From a virus: a stretch of 64,000 bases of DNA. Under the pieces are notes generated by a model. The model saw only the letters and a list, made by a program, of their open reading frames with translations, had not been told where the DNA came from and ran no database searches. A program made the position numbers and the translations under genes. The stretch spans positions 1-64,000 of the IMG/VR virus record IMGVR_UViG_3300029905_000002; one strand, 5' to 3'. Of the stretch, positions 34,804 to 44,590 are shown piece by piece (position 1 is the first letter of the stretch; each line of letters starts with the position of its first letter).

Positions 34804-35670
34804 ATGAGTACATATTCAAAAAATCTTGTACAGATTCACCGTAGTAATTCTGACTATGGAGAAAACGATCTGGTAAAGGGCAATAAACTGATTAAGACTT
34901 TTGGTAGAACTAAAGATATATACTATTTCTTTCATCAAACTCAGAAAGAAATGTATCAAGAAACTTCCGAATCCGATCCTTTAGAAGTTGAGGTAGTTTA
35001 TGCTTTACCCGTTGTGGTAGATGTTAATACAGATTATGATACTATAGTAAGAGAAGCTATAAAAGCTTTTTATGGTATTAAAACTGATTCAGATTACATT
35101 AATCTGTTAGAAACTCTCTATGGAGAATTTTATACTAACCCGAGTAAATCAGAATATATACTTTTGGTAGATGAGATCAAGTCTCAATTGAATTCTTATG
35201 GCTTTTTTAATAAGTCTAATAAGTCTATTAGTAATCTTTCTTCGGGTATTTCTTTAATTGAATCCTTGGTAGCTATTCAAGAGATTATTAAAGAAGGTAG
35301 TTTAAACCTTCCAGATGAATCAGTAGTAAAGTTAAAGAATTTTTATGAACCCTGGGAATCTTTTATTGGTAAACCAATGAAATTGGGTACTATCTTTACT
35401 TATAATGGATCTTTGTATAAGGCTATTATCGATATAGATTCAGTAGTAAGTACTTGGATACCTGGGTTTTCTACTCTAAATATATATAATCCAATATCGG
35501 AGCATACTGGTTCCGAAGAAGATCCTATACCCTATAGTAAGGGTATGTCTTTGAAAAATACTTTGTATTATACTGAAAACAACATATTGTATCAGTGTAT
35601 CATAGATTGTATACCCACTTTGATTACTCTATCGGAGCTTTGTGAATTAAAGTACGTTACTAAAGTATAA
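34804..35670 (+). CDS. hypothetical protein downstream of the RT
   Basis: 288 aa. The C-terminus carries two similar aromatic blocks (FTYNGSLYKAIIDIDSVVSTWIPG and LYYTENNILYQCIIDCIP), which look like a carbohydrate-binding module. This is a weak call. Confidence 0.5.
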   Translation: MSTYSKNLVQIHRSNSDYGENDLVKGNKLIKTFGRTKDIYYFFHQTQKEMYQETSESDPLEVEVVYALPVVVDVNTDYDTIVREAIKAFYGIKTDSDYINLLETLYGEFYTNPSKSEYILLVDEIKSQLNSYGFFNKSNKSISNLSSGISLIESLVAIQEIIKEGSLNLPDESVVKLKNFYEPWESFIGKPMKLGTIFTYNGSLYKAIIDIDSVVSTWIPGFSTLNIYNPISEHTGSEEDPIPYSKGMSLKNTLYYTENNILYQCIIDCIPTLITLSELCELKYVTKV

Positions 35671-36269
35671 TGGCACAATCCATAAATCGTACTATAAAGT
35701 TGCCTGGTCTAGCAAACTTGCAGATTTATGTAGATAAAAGAGATCAGCAAAGAGCTTTACACTTGCTAGACAGGCAACCCCATATCTTAAGAACTGCATA
35801 TGAAAAAGCAGCTTGTGAGTTTGGAAATAAACTCCTTAAGATAGTGAAAACTTGTCTCAATAAGGGTCAACCACCTGCAGGACAAGGTGTATCTTGGCCC
35901 CCACATTCTCCTCATACTACTAAGAGATTCGGGGCTCATCCTCTTCTTCATCTTACTGGTCAATATGCCAGAGAAGTACAGATTATGAAGAATAAAAAGA
36001 ATGGTAGAATCATGGTAGGTGTACCAAATGTAATGAAAGAACGTCAGACTTCTAAGTCCCAGGGAGGTACAACTACTAATTCTATCCGAACCCTAAATCA
36101 GATTGCCTATATTCTTGAGGTTGGTACATCCAATATACCTCCAAGACCTCTTTGGAAACCAGCTTATCAAGCTGCAGGAGGTAATAAAGAAATTAGGAGA
36201 CTCATGGTAAAACACATCCGAAAAGAAATCAGAAAAGAAATAGGAGGAATCAGAAATGCCAAACTTTAG
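35670..36269 (+). CDS. HK97 gp10-like head-tail joining / tail completion protein
   Basis: LEVGTSNIPPRPLWKPAY resembles the gp10 family signature. Confidence 0.4.
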   Translation: MAQSINRTIKLPGLANLQIYVDKRDQQRALHLLDRQPHILRTAYEKAACEFGNKLLKIVKTCLNKGQPPAGQGVSWPPHSPHTTKRFGAHPLLHLTGQYAREVQIMKNKKNGRIMVGVPNVMKERQTSKSQGGTTTNSIRTLNQIAYILEVGTSNIPPRPLWKPAYQAAGGNKEIRRLMVKHIRKEIRKEIGGIRNAKL

Positions 36270-37590
36270 TATAGACATTACCGAAGGTATGGGTCCCTCC
36301 GAGATAAAAGTTAGACCTAACAGTATGAATTTAACTTCTGACCCATTAACTGGGTATGTTAAAATTCGTACTAGTGATGGTTTTTCGCAATCAATCCCTT
36401 TAACTCAAAAGACAGGTAAGTTTACTTATAAATATACATTAGAAGCTAATCCTGCAACAATCCAAATAGATTCCTTTGGTGGTTCTGCAACTCTAAACAT
36501 TACATCCATCAAAGAAACCTATTTGGATGATGTATTATTAGAAACTGATGAGAATTGGGGATATAGTTTATCTGCGGATCCAGGTATTACTTTAGATGGT
36601 AATACAGTTACTGTTGGAGAAAATGTAAATAATTATGATATAACCAGTAAAGTAAAAGTAACTCAAAATGAATCTGGTAAGAAGGTATACATCAATATAT
36701 CCCAGGAAGCCAAGTCTGCTGTAGAGGGTTGGAAGTATTATTTATTCTCTGCATCTAATGGTAATGCTACTAGTTTACCTGAAATTGATGTTGAAAAAGA
36801 AGTAGGTTTTGATGGATCTGATGCTGATATAGGAGATTGGGTTTTCGGATTTGCTATTAAAACCCTAGATGGAGCTTTAGTAATTGGAAATGATGATTTA
36901 GATTTGAATGGATGGGCTGAGCTCATTACTAAGTCTGAGAACTTTAGTAATGTAATGAGATTAGATACCATAAAAGTTACTGGAGCTAATTTAGAATCTT
37001 TAGTTAGATCTAATACTCAAACCGAACTTCAATATTATTCTTTAACTCCACATTTAACTTTATCTAAGAATACTACTGGACAATCACGTAAGGTTACTGT
37101 TAAATTAAGCCTTAATGAAAATCCTAGTTTAGTTCTTACTTATATATTTACTCAAGAATCAGCTGAAGCAATATTTACTTGGGAAGATGGTAGTACTGTT
37201 AAAAATTTGGGTATTTTTGGAAATGGAGGAAGTAATACAAAACCGAGTTATCTTTATAATTCTAACTATTATCCTAAATTAAATATTAGGTCTATACTTT
37301 CTGATGGAGAACCCTTTGATGATCCAGGTTTAGTAATTAGAAGTATAGAAGTAGATGATCCAGATGGTATAACTTCATTTGGTAATACTAAAACTCCAAC
37401 TGGTACTATTTCTTCAGATAAACCTGATATAATAACCTTTAGTTTTGGATTCAGTAGTTTTGATGATATGATAGCTAATGGATCTCCGGGTGAACATACA
37501 ATTACTGTATATCAGTTAGATAGAGATGAAAATAGAACTGGAAAGAGTATTACTTTGAAGTATAGTTTAACAGGTACTTATTTAAAATAA
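36256..37590 (+). CDS. hypothetical structural protein with Ig-like repeats
   Basis: 444 aa, beta-rich and repetitive. No specific motif recognised. Confidence 0.45.
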   Translation: MPNFSIDITEGMGPSEIKVRPNSMNLTSDPLTGYVKIRTSDGFSQSIPLTQKTGKFTYKYTLEANPATIQIDSFGGSATLNITSIKETYLDDVLLETDENWGYSLSADPGITLDGNTVTVGENVNNYDITSKVKVTQNESGKKVYINISQEAKSAVEGWKYYLFSASNGNATSLPEIDVEKEVGFDGSDADIGDWVFGFAIKTLDGALVIGNDDLDLNGWAELITKSENFSNVMRLDTIKVTGANLESLVRSNTQTELQYYSLTPHLTLSKNTTGQSRKVTVKLSLNENPSLVLTYIFTQESAEAIFTWEDGSTVKNLGIFGNGGSNTKPSYLYNSNYYPKLNIRSILSDGEPFDDPGLVIRSIEVDDPDGITSFGNTKTPTGTISSDKPDIITFSFGFSSFDDMIANGSPGEHTITVYQLDRDENRTGKSITLKYSLTGTYLK

Positions 37591-37592
37591 CT

Positions 37593-38012
37593 TTGTCCTT
37601 CAGAAGAGATGCTACTGCAATCTATGAACCAGTTCATTTAATACCTGGTTCATCCAGAATAGTAGTTGGAATAAGAACTGATTCTGCTTACACTTCTTCA
37701 GTTGCTAAAGAATTACCAAATCCATGGTCACTTTTGGATGGAGGCTTTATTGGAGATGGTTCTAAATCTAGAAATATATTTAGTTGGGATTGGGATCATA
37801 TCGAAGCTATCCAAGAAGTTGCGAATGATTCTACATTCTACTTTGGTAGTGGAGATGTAGGTCAACTTATGGGCACAAGTAATTTCAGTTCTCCTCAAGG
37901 TTATGGTAGTGAACAGATGAATATATCACCAGATAATAGAGGAGTATATACACCTGATGATCAAGGAAATGAATTTACTATCACGGTTATAAAGATTAAT
38001 AAATCTTCTTAA
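37593..38012 (+). CDS. hypothetical structural protein
   Basis: ORF track (TTG start), packed between neighbours. Confidence 0.4.
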   Translation: MSFRRDATAIYEPVHLIPGSSRIVVGIRTDSAYTSSVAKELPNPWSLLDGGFIGDGSKSRNIFSWDWDHIEAIQEVANDSTFYFGSGDVGQLMGTSNFSSPQGYGSEQMNISPDNRGVYTPDDQGNEFTITVIKINKSS

Positions 38013-38701
38013 TGGTGAATAGCCAAGAAATAGTAGAGAGGACATTATACATATGTCTCCTCTCTACTGCCCTTAAAATGGGGTACACAATTAACCCTGA
38101 TGACTACTTACCTTTATCACAAGAAAATGAAAAGAGGTACCATGATGCAATTAATGCTCTACCTCTTTTCATTCCCATCTTTGGTATAGGTAATAATCAG
38201 GTAAGAGGTGCAAAAACGGTACCCAGGATAACTATGGAATCTGAAGCTTATTATCCTGGAGATATCGGAGTAACTAAATACATTATAGGTGACCAACTAG
38301 AGGATGGTAACTACCAAGCTTCAGAATTTCCTTTTGAAACTAGAGATATCTCTATCGATATCCATTTGGTTGCTAATACCCAGAAGGATATGAGACTTCT
38401 CCATCACATTATGCACAAAGCATTACCAGTAAGAGGATACGTAAGACCTTACTTCAATGACTTGGCAAGCTGGGAAGATGGTAGGGTACAACCAACTGGG
38501 AATCTTTTCTTAGAGATAGGTAATTATTATGATTACCCTGATGATGCTCATGGCTTATTGGAAAAGGTATATTCCTATACAGTAAAAGATGGTATCATTC
38601 CCCAAGAAGATTTGGAGGATGGGATTATTGTTCCCATTAAGGATATCTCTGTATTAATACAGGCTTACGGTACTGATGGACTGAATCTACACGTAACCTG
38701 A
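38012..38701 (+). CDS. putative tail completion / sheath-proximal protein
   Basis: Call rests only on its position immediately upstream of the sheath gene. Confidence 0.3.
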   Translation: MVNSQEIVERTLYICLLSTALKMGYTINPDDYLPLSQENEKRYHDAINALPLFIPIFGIGNNQVRGAKTVPRITMESEAYYPGDIGVTKYIIGDQLEDGNYQASEFPFETRDISIDIHLVANTQKDMRLLHHIMHKALPVRGYVRPYFNDLASWEDGRVQPTGNLFLEIGNYYDYPDDAHGLLEKVYSYTVKDGIIPQEDLEDGIIVPIKDISVLIQAYGTDGLNLHVT

Positions 38702-38750
38702 ACAATACCCAGCACTACTTTATAAAAGGCTTAACTTAAAACCAACGAAT

Positions 38751-40505
38751 ATGCCAGTATCACCGTATGTAAAATTTCAGTTTGTGAACAAAAATGTTCA
38801 GCAAACTACTCCCCAACTTGGGGTTTCTCTGTTCCTGGCTAGAACCACTAAAGGCCCTTATGATGATCCTTCCGAATTGCTCAACAGCTTTTCTCAATTC
38901 CAAAGAATCTTTGGTGATGAGATAGTACCTGATGGTTCGGTATCAAATATCCAAAAGGCCTTTGAAGAAGGCTCTAAGCTCAGGATTATTCGTGTACTTG
39001 GTAAAGGTGCTACTAAAGGTACAGTATCCGCAACTGCTGCTGAATCTTTGGCTGTAGAAGCAGAAGAGGATGATGTACAAGTAATGTCAGCTACTCCCGA
39101 ACCTGCTGAGCCTGAAACTTTGATTAAGATTACCTCTAATGGTGTATCTTATGGTTTCGGATTGGTAACTAAAGGTTATGGAGATTCAATAGGTGATGGA
39201 GATACCTTCCAAGTAGGATTCTATATGCAAGCCAATACCTTGTATTACAGAATCTATAGTGCTAATGGCCAAGTTCTTGAACAAGGCCCAGTAATGACCT
39301 GGAAGACTGCCGATGATGTAAATGATACATCTTTCGACTATCTGGCTCTCTCTAATTTTATCAATAATTCCGAGTACATCTCGGCAATGATTACTGAAGG
39401 TAGTTCACTTGACAATATGATTAAGTGGCTTACTGATTCGGTAGATAATACCAAGAATGCCGTTACCGTTACGGTAGGTGGCTCTGCTCCTACTACTGAG
39501 GAAACTAAATTCGATGGTACGGTAGGATCTGCAGGTACAGATCCTACTGCCGAGGAATGGATTGCTTCCCTGGACTTCATCAGAGATTACCAAGATATTT
39601 ACCATGTAGCTTGCTCTCACCTGGATCAGCATATAAAGGAAACTGCAGATCAGCTCAAGGTACATAAAGCTGCTGGAGACTTGGCAAATGAACTTGAGGA
39701 ATTTGTTTACTGTATCGAGGTACCTAAGTACCAAACTCATTATACTCAAGGCCAACAGCCCAGAGATTATAAGAGCATCTGTACTTGGATTGATACTACT
39801 CTTGGTACTGTAGGTAATTCCAAATTCATTGCCTACTTCTCATGCGGCCTTAAGTATTACAATGCTCAAGGAAATCTTAGTAACTGTGATGTTATGGGTA
39901 CTGTATTTGGATTAGCAGATACTTCTGCAACCGCTTACGGGCCCTGGAGAAGCTTTGCTGGTATGAATAGAGGTATAGCTTATGATGCTAATGGTCCGGT
40001 ATCTCCGAACTACGGAGCTCCTTCTCGTTACGAACAACTTAACGAATTGGCTCAGCATTATGCTAATACCTTCGTAATCAAGGATACTCCTTCTTCCGGT
40101 AAGAGAACTATGCTTTGGCATTGCTTCACTTCTCAGGTTAAACAGGATTCTTACAGATTCCTCTCTATTGTTCAGCTCAGTCTGTACCTGAAGAAGAGTC
40201 TCAGACCTATACTTGATAAGTATATTGAAGAGCCTAACGTATGGTCCACTTGGAAGAACATCTACCTGGAAGGCAAACCCATTATGGATAACCTGGTAGA
40301 TCAGGATGCTATCTCGGAATATACCTGGATGGGTGACCAGGATGCTTCTTCTTGGGCAGATCTCCAGGTTAACAATGAGGCAGATGCTCGTCAAGGTAAG
40401 TATAAACTTATCATTAAGTTCAAAGATATCGTTCCTATGCAGGAAGTTACAGTTGTACTTAAGACTGATGCTGCTTCTAATACAGTTAATGTTTCATTTG
40501 AATAA
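38751..40505 (+). CDS. tail sheath protein
   Basis: 584 aa, followed by a T4 gp19-like tube gene. Size and order are typical of contractile tails. Confidence 0.7.
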   Translation: MPVSPYVKFQFVNKNVQQTTPQLGVSLFLARTTKGPYDDPSELLNSFSQFQRIFGDEIVPDGSVSNIQKAFEEGSKLRIIRVLGKGATKGTVSATAAESLAVEAEEDDVQVMSATPEPAEPETLIKITSNGVSYGFGLVTKGYGDSIGDGDTFQVGFYMQANTLYYRIYSANGQVLEQGPVMTWKTADDVNDTSFDYLALSNFINNSEYISAMITEGSSLDNMIKWLTDSVDNTKNAVTVTVGGSAPTTEETKFDGTVGSAGTDPTAEEWIASLDFIRDYQDIYHVACSHLDQHIKETADQLKVHKAAGDLANELEEFVYCIEVPKYQTHYTQGQQPRDYKSICTWIDTTLGTVGNSKFIAYFSCGLKYYNAQGNLSNCDVMGTVFGLADTSATAYGPWRSFAGMNRGIAYDANGPVSPNYGAPSRYEQLNELAQHYANTFVIKDTPSSGKRTMLWHCFTSQVKQDSYRFLSIVQLSLYLKKSLRPILDKYIEEPNVWSTWKNIYLEGKPIMDNLVDQDAISEYTWMGDQDASSWADLQVNNEADARQGKYKLIIKFKDIVPMQEVTVVLKTDAASNTVNVSFE

Positions 40506-40519
40506 AATAAAATAAGGTT

Positions 40520-40642
40520 ATGAGATATATTCTTAAACTAAAGGGTTCAGAGAGTATTAGTTATATTCTTGGATACTGTTATGTAACTTTGAATACTACT
40601 AATGACCAAATTAGTGTCTTTAAAGGTAATGAACCGACATAA
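40520..40642 (+). CDS. possible 40-aa ORF between the sheath and tube genes
   Basis: Hand translation gives MRYILKLKGSESISYILGYCYVTLNTTNDQISVFKGNEPT*. No supporting signal. Confidence 0.2.
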   Translation: MRYILKLKGSESISYILGYCYVTLNTTNDQISVFKGNEPT

Positions 40643-40659
40643 GTAAAATCTGAGATAAT

Positions 40660-41124
40660 ATGGGAGCAAAAGTTAAAAATCCTCGTAAGAAATTCCTATG
40701 GTCACTTACGTTCCCAAAACACCCCTTGAATGCTTATCTTTTTCAGACCTGTACATTACCAGATATTGAAATTGATGTAGTAACTCATGGAGATGTAAAC
40801 CGGGATGTAAAGACTGCTGGTAGAGTTACAGTAGGTAATATGACTTGTGAAAAGCTTATGACTACTGATGGCTCTGATACCTGGCTTCATGACTGGCTTT
40901 ATTCATGTCAGGATATGATCATAGGTGGTGGTTTGGTTCCTTCCCAATATTGGGAAACCTGTGAAGTATCGGAGTTGGCAGAAGATGCCGTTTCAGTCCT
41001 TAATGTTTGGCATCTTGAGGAAGTTTGGCCATGCAAAGTAAATGGCCTGGACTTAGACAGAATGGCCTCAGAAAATACAATCGAAACTATCGAATTCTCG
41101 GTAGGTACAATCGATAAATACTAA
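40660..41124 (+). CDS. tail tube protein (T4 gp19-like)
   Basis: 154 aa. FLWSLTF...AYLFQTCTLPDIEIDVVTHG...KTAGRVTVGNMTCEKLM fits the tube family pattern. It follows the sheath gene. Confidence 0.65.
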   Translation: MGAKVKNPRKKFLWSLTFPKHPLNAYLFQTCTLPDIEIDVVTHGDVNRDVKTAGRVTVGNMTCEKLMTTDGSDTWLHDWLYSCQDMIIGGGLVPSQYWETCEVSELAEDAVSVLNVWHLEEVWPCKVNGLDLDRMASENTIETIEFSVGTIDKY

Positions 41125-41662
41125 TTCTCATGTCATGTTGAGTTTTAGGGTTGAGGGAGTGGGGCTCTAAGCTTTGCTCCCTTTTTCGTGTTTAACAATT
41201 TAAAGAAATAACATTATGACAGATTATAGAAGAAGACTTTTAGCTGCCTCTCCTAAGAGTGCAATGGGGAGGGGCTGATTCATCTTGGTTTCTTAGGTAT
41301 TGATAGTCTAGTACTCAAATACCTACAATTTGATGGTAAGATCATATCATCCGGGGAAACTTGGAGAACACTAGTAGTTGAATGTCAGGGATTTGATCCA
41401 TCTCAGGGAGAGATTATGCCTGGCTTAATGATGACAGTTTTAAATTCAAGCTCTATTAGTTCATCTCCAGTTTATGTAGACCATTACATAGTTATACATA
41501 ACTCTAAATAGTGGACTAGACTAGATTCAATTTAATTTTAACAAGTCAAGTTCACAATTTAGTATGGGCATCTATTATGGCGAGCCAGTTAATTCAGTTA
41601 CGTATAGAGATCTTTAGATCTATCTTTAGCATAGCTAATAAACCCAAAACATTTATATTGAC

Positions 41663-42418
41663 ATGAGAACATTTGAATTTTTCGTTCCTTCTGGTTATCG
41701 ATATGAGATCAGGGAACAAAACGGAGAAGATGAGGAGATCCTTTCTAACCCAATGGATCTCAAGGACCTAATGAACTTTACCAAGTTCATACAAACTATC
41801 GTAGTTCATACAGACTTCACTCCCAGTGGAAGATTAACCATCCAGGATACTCTAAGAATTCCTGTAAATGACCGCTACTGTATTTTATTCCAATCCCGTA
41901 TTTTCTCTCTTGGCGAAACCGTAGAGTTTGCCTATAAATGGGATACGGGTACAGTAGAATATGAACAAGATATTAGAGAACTTCTCTATGATGATTATTC
42001 TGAAGAAGGGAGATCGAAACTTACCGAACAATATCTCAATGAGAAGCCTGATGCAATTCCTTATTACCCCGAGGGTAAGACTTTCGCATTTAACTTCAAG
42101 CTATCTACTGGTAAAGAAATAAGTTTTAACCTTTTGGATGGTGAAGGTGAACGAAGACTTATCACTTTGCCTAAGGAAAAGCAAACCAGGAACTCTCCTC
42201 TCATTTGCCGAAACCTCCAATTAATGGTAGATGGTAAATGGGAAAAGGTACAGAACTTCTCTGGCTTCACTGTAAAGGAAACTCATGAGATTCGGAAATT
42301 CGTAATGTCTGTAGATCCTACGTTCGAAGGTGCAGTAGATATTGAGAATCCTACAACTAAGGAAGTATTAAGATACCCCATTATCACTGCTCCAGGTTTT
42401 TTCTTCCTGACGGAGTAG
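41663..42418 (+). CDS. tail assembly chaperone (gpG/P2 gpE analog), zero-frame product
   Basis: Immediately upstream of the tape measure gene and ends at the slippery site region. Confidence 0.5.
   Translation: MRTFEFFVPSGYRYEIREQNGEDEEILSNPMDLKDLMNFTKFIQTIVVHTDFTPSGRLTIQDTLRIPVNDRYCILFQSRIFSLGETVEFAYKWDTGTVEYEQDIRELLYDDYSEEGRSKLTEQYLNEKPDAIPYYPEGKTFAFNFKLSTGKEISFNLLDGEGERRLITLPKEKQTRNSPLICRNLQLMVDGKWEKVQNFSGFTVKETHEIRKFVMSVDPTFEGAVDIENPTTKEVLRYPIITAPGFFFLTE
42397..42403 (+). promoter_or_regulatory. -1 programmed frameshift slippery heptamer T_TTT_TTC
   Basis: The zero frame reads ggT TTT TTC. The -1 frame stays open for 57 codons up to TGA 42568-42570, which overlaps the tape-measure ATG at 42567. 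Confidence 0.6.
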
Positions 42419-42566
42419 ACTTAGAATATGCCTACTGGTATATCTGCAAAGCTGGTGTAAAGATGGACTACACCAGCTTTTGTCGTCTTCCGTACAGATC
42501 AAAAAAGAAGTTCATCGAGATAGCTACCGAATGGTATGATTCATTAAAAAAGAAAAATCATAAGAG

Positions 42567-44588
42567 ATGAATACTGCTTCACAAAGTTTAGTACAGGTTG
42601 GAGTCTCTATGGTGTTAAGGGATAATTTCACCAAGGAGGCTGGAAAGATATCCCAATCTTTCCGAACTATGATGGCCGATATGGATACTTTATCCAGAGG
42701 TTACAGAGCTTCCTTTGGTGATATATCTGAAATCGGCATGAATCTAGTAGGCTCCATGTATGAAGCTTACAAATACTCAGCAGGAGTACAAAACGAAATC
42801 TGGCTGACCTCTAAGATTGCCGGAGCTAACCTTAAGGAATCTAAAGAACTCTGGGAGGTTGCTCAACAGGTCAACAAAGAAACTCCTCTGTCTGCTGCTC
42901 AGGTAGCTTCTGCAGAAAGATACTTGGCTATGGCTGGTAACTCAGCTCAGCAAATCAAAGACCTTATAGGTCCTGCTTCTAAGCTTGCTTCAATCTTCGG
43001 TATAGATCCAGGAGGTAAGGGAGGCCTTGCTGATATGATGACCAATATCATGGCCATGTTCCAAATCGATTCTTCTAAGGCTACTCAAGTAGTAGATGAT
43101 TTATATACTGCAGTAACTAGTGCCAACATTTCTATGGAAGACTTGATGGCAACCATTAGATACTCAGGAGCAGATATGAATGCTGCAGGTGTATCTCTTA
43201 GGGAAGTAGCTGCAGCTGCTGGTGCATTAGGAGATGTTGGTATCCAGGGTACAATGGCTGGTACTTCTCTTGGCAATATGATGAGATATTTCCAATTATC
43301 TATCGCAGGCCAAAAGAAGTATGGATTTGAAACCCTACAGAAATGGGGATTAGATAAAGAAGATTTCTATGATGCCTCTGGTCAATTCAAAGGCTTAGGT
43401 AATTTCCTGAATAAGTTCTATGAGGTATACCAACAAATGGATCCTCTACAAAGAACCCAGGATTTCTATAACATATTCTCGGTTCGTGGTATGCGAGCTT
43501 TGATTCCTATGATGGAAGCCATAGAGGCTGGGAACGATAAGTTCCTAAAGATCATGGGAAGGTATGATTCCAATCAAGGCATCGTAGAACGTATTAACCA
43601 AGAACGTCTAGCTACCAATGCAGGTCTCATTGACCAATTCGAATCTTCAGTCGAGAACTTAATTACTACCTTTGGTAAGGCTTCAGAAGGTCCCTTTAGA
43701 GGATTGCTAGAGGTGGGAACTCAATTGGTGGATTCTCTCAATAGCTTTATCCAAACCGACTTCGGAGCTAAGACTACATCCTATGCTGTAGGTATGATTA
43801 TTACTGGTACAGTATGGATGACCTTAAAAGGTATCTTAGCATTCGTACAAAATATCACTGCCTATACTTCTGGTATTCAACAAGGTATTATTCAGACTGC
43901 CAATAACACAAGGCTGAACTCTGTAAATACCTTGAAGATGGGAGAGATAATGAGAATTAGGCTTTTAAGTATAGAAGGCAACATGACTCAGATGATAGTT
44001 AATCAGAGAACTATGATTAGCCTTCTTGGTAGACTTAATGGCATAGCCTTGAACTCTGCTGGGCAATGGTATGTTACAGATCCAGACCGTTATGGTAAAA
44101 CTTCGAAAGGTCAGAAGGCTAAGAAGGGTCAATATGCTGGAGGCGGTATAGGTAGACCTGTAACTGCTATCTTCATGGATGATGATTTTGAATCTACTCG
44201 TCAACAACAGAAGCCTTCTACTCCTCCTCCTGCTGGAGGAGGTAAGAAAGGTCTGGGTACCATAATTGCCACTGCTGGTCAATGGGTATCAAGGAATGCA
44301 GGTAAGCTTACCAATAAGATTGGTATAGCCCTTATGGTATTGGAAACTGGGCAATATATTGCTAGCCTATTAACTGATGCTACTAAGGAAAATACCGAAG
44401 CCTTGAAAGCTAAGGAAGATGAGGAAAGAAAGAGAAGGGAGAACCTTTGGTATGAGGCAGTTAAGCAAGGTGTCATAGATGGTATGAAGAACGGTAAGTT
44501 TAATCTTAACGTTAACTCTAACAATCCAGACATCTCAATAACTGGTGGAGATTTCGATTATACAGGTGGAGCTTTATTAGGTATGTAA
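42567..44588 (+). CDS. tape measure protein
   Basis: 673 aa with hydrophobic/Gly-rich central segments, positioned after the chaperone pair. Confidence 0.75.
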   Translation: MNTASQSLVQVGVSMVLRDNFTKEAGKISQSFRTMMADMDTLSRGYRASFGDISEIGMNLVGSMYEAYKYSAGVQNEIWLTSKIAGANLKESKELWEVAQQVNKETPLSAAQVASAERYLAMAGNSAQQIKDLIGPASKLASIFGIDPGGKGGLADMMTNIMAMFQIDSSKATQVVDDLYTAVTSANISMEDLMATIRYSGADMNAAGVSLREVAAAAGALGDVGIQGTMAGTSLGNMMRYFQLSIAGQKKYGFETLQKWGLDKEDFYDASGQFKGLGNFLNKFYEVYQQMDPLQRTQDFYNIFSVRGMRALIPMMEAIEAGNDKFLKIMGRYDSNQGIVERINQERLATNAGLIDQFESSVENLITTFGKASEGPFRGLLEVGTQLVDSLNSFIQTDFGAKTTSYAVGMIITGTVWMTLKGILAFVQNITAYTSGIQQGIIQTANNTRLNSVNTLKMGEIMRIRLLSIEGNMTQMIVNQRTMISLLGRLNGIALNSAGQWYVTDPDRYGKTSKGQKAKKGQYAGGGIGRPVTAIFMDDDFESTRQQQKPSTPPPAGGGKKGLGTIIATAGQWVSRNAGKLTNKIGIALMVLETGQYIASLLTDATKENTEALKAKEDEERKRRENLWYEAVKQGVIDGMKNGKFNLNVNSNNPDISITGGDFDYTGGALLGM

Positions 44589-44590
44589 CT

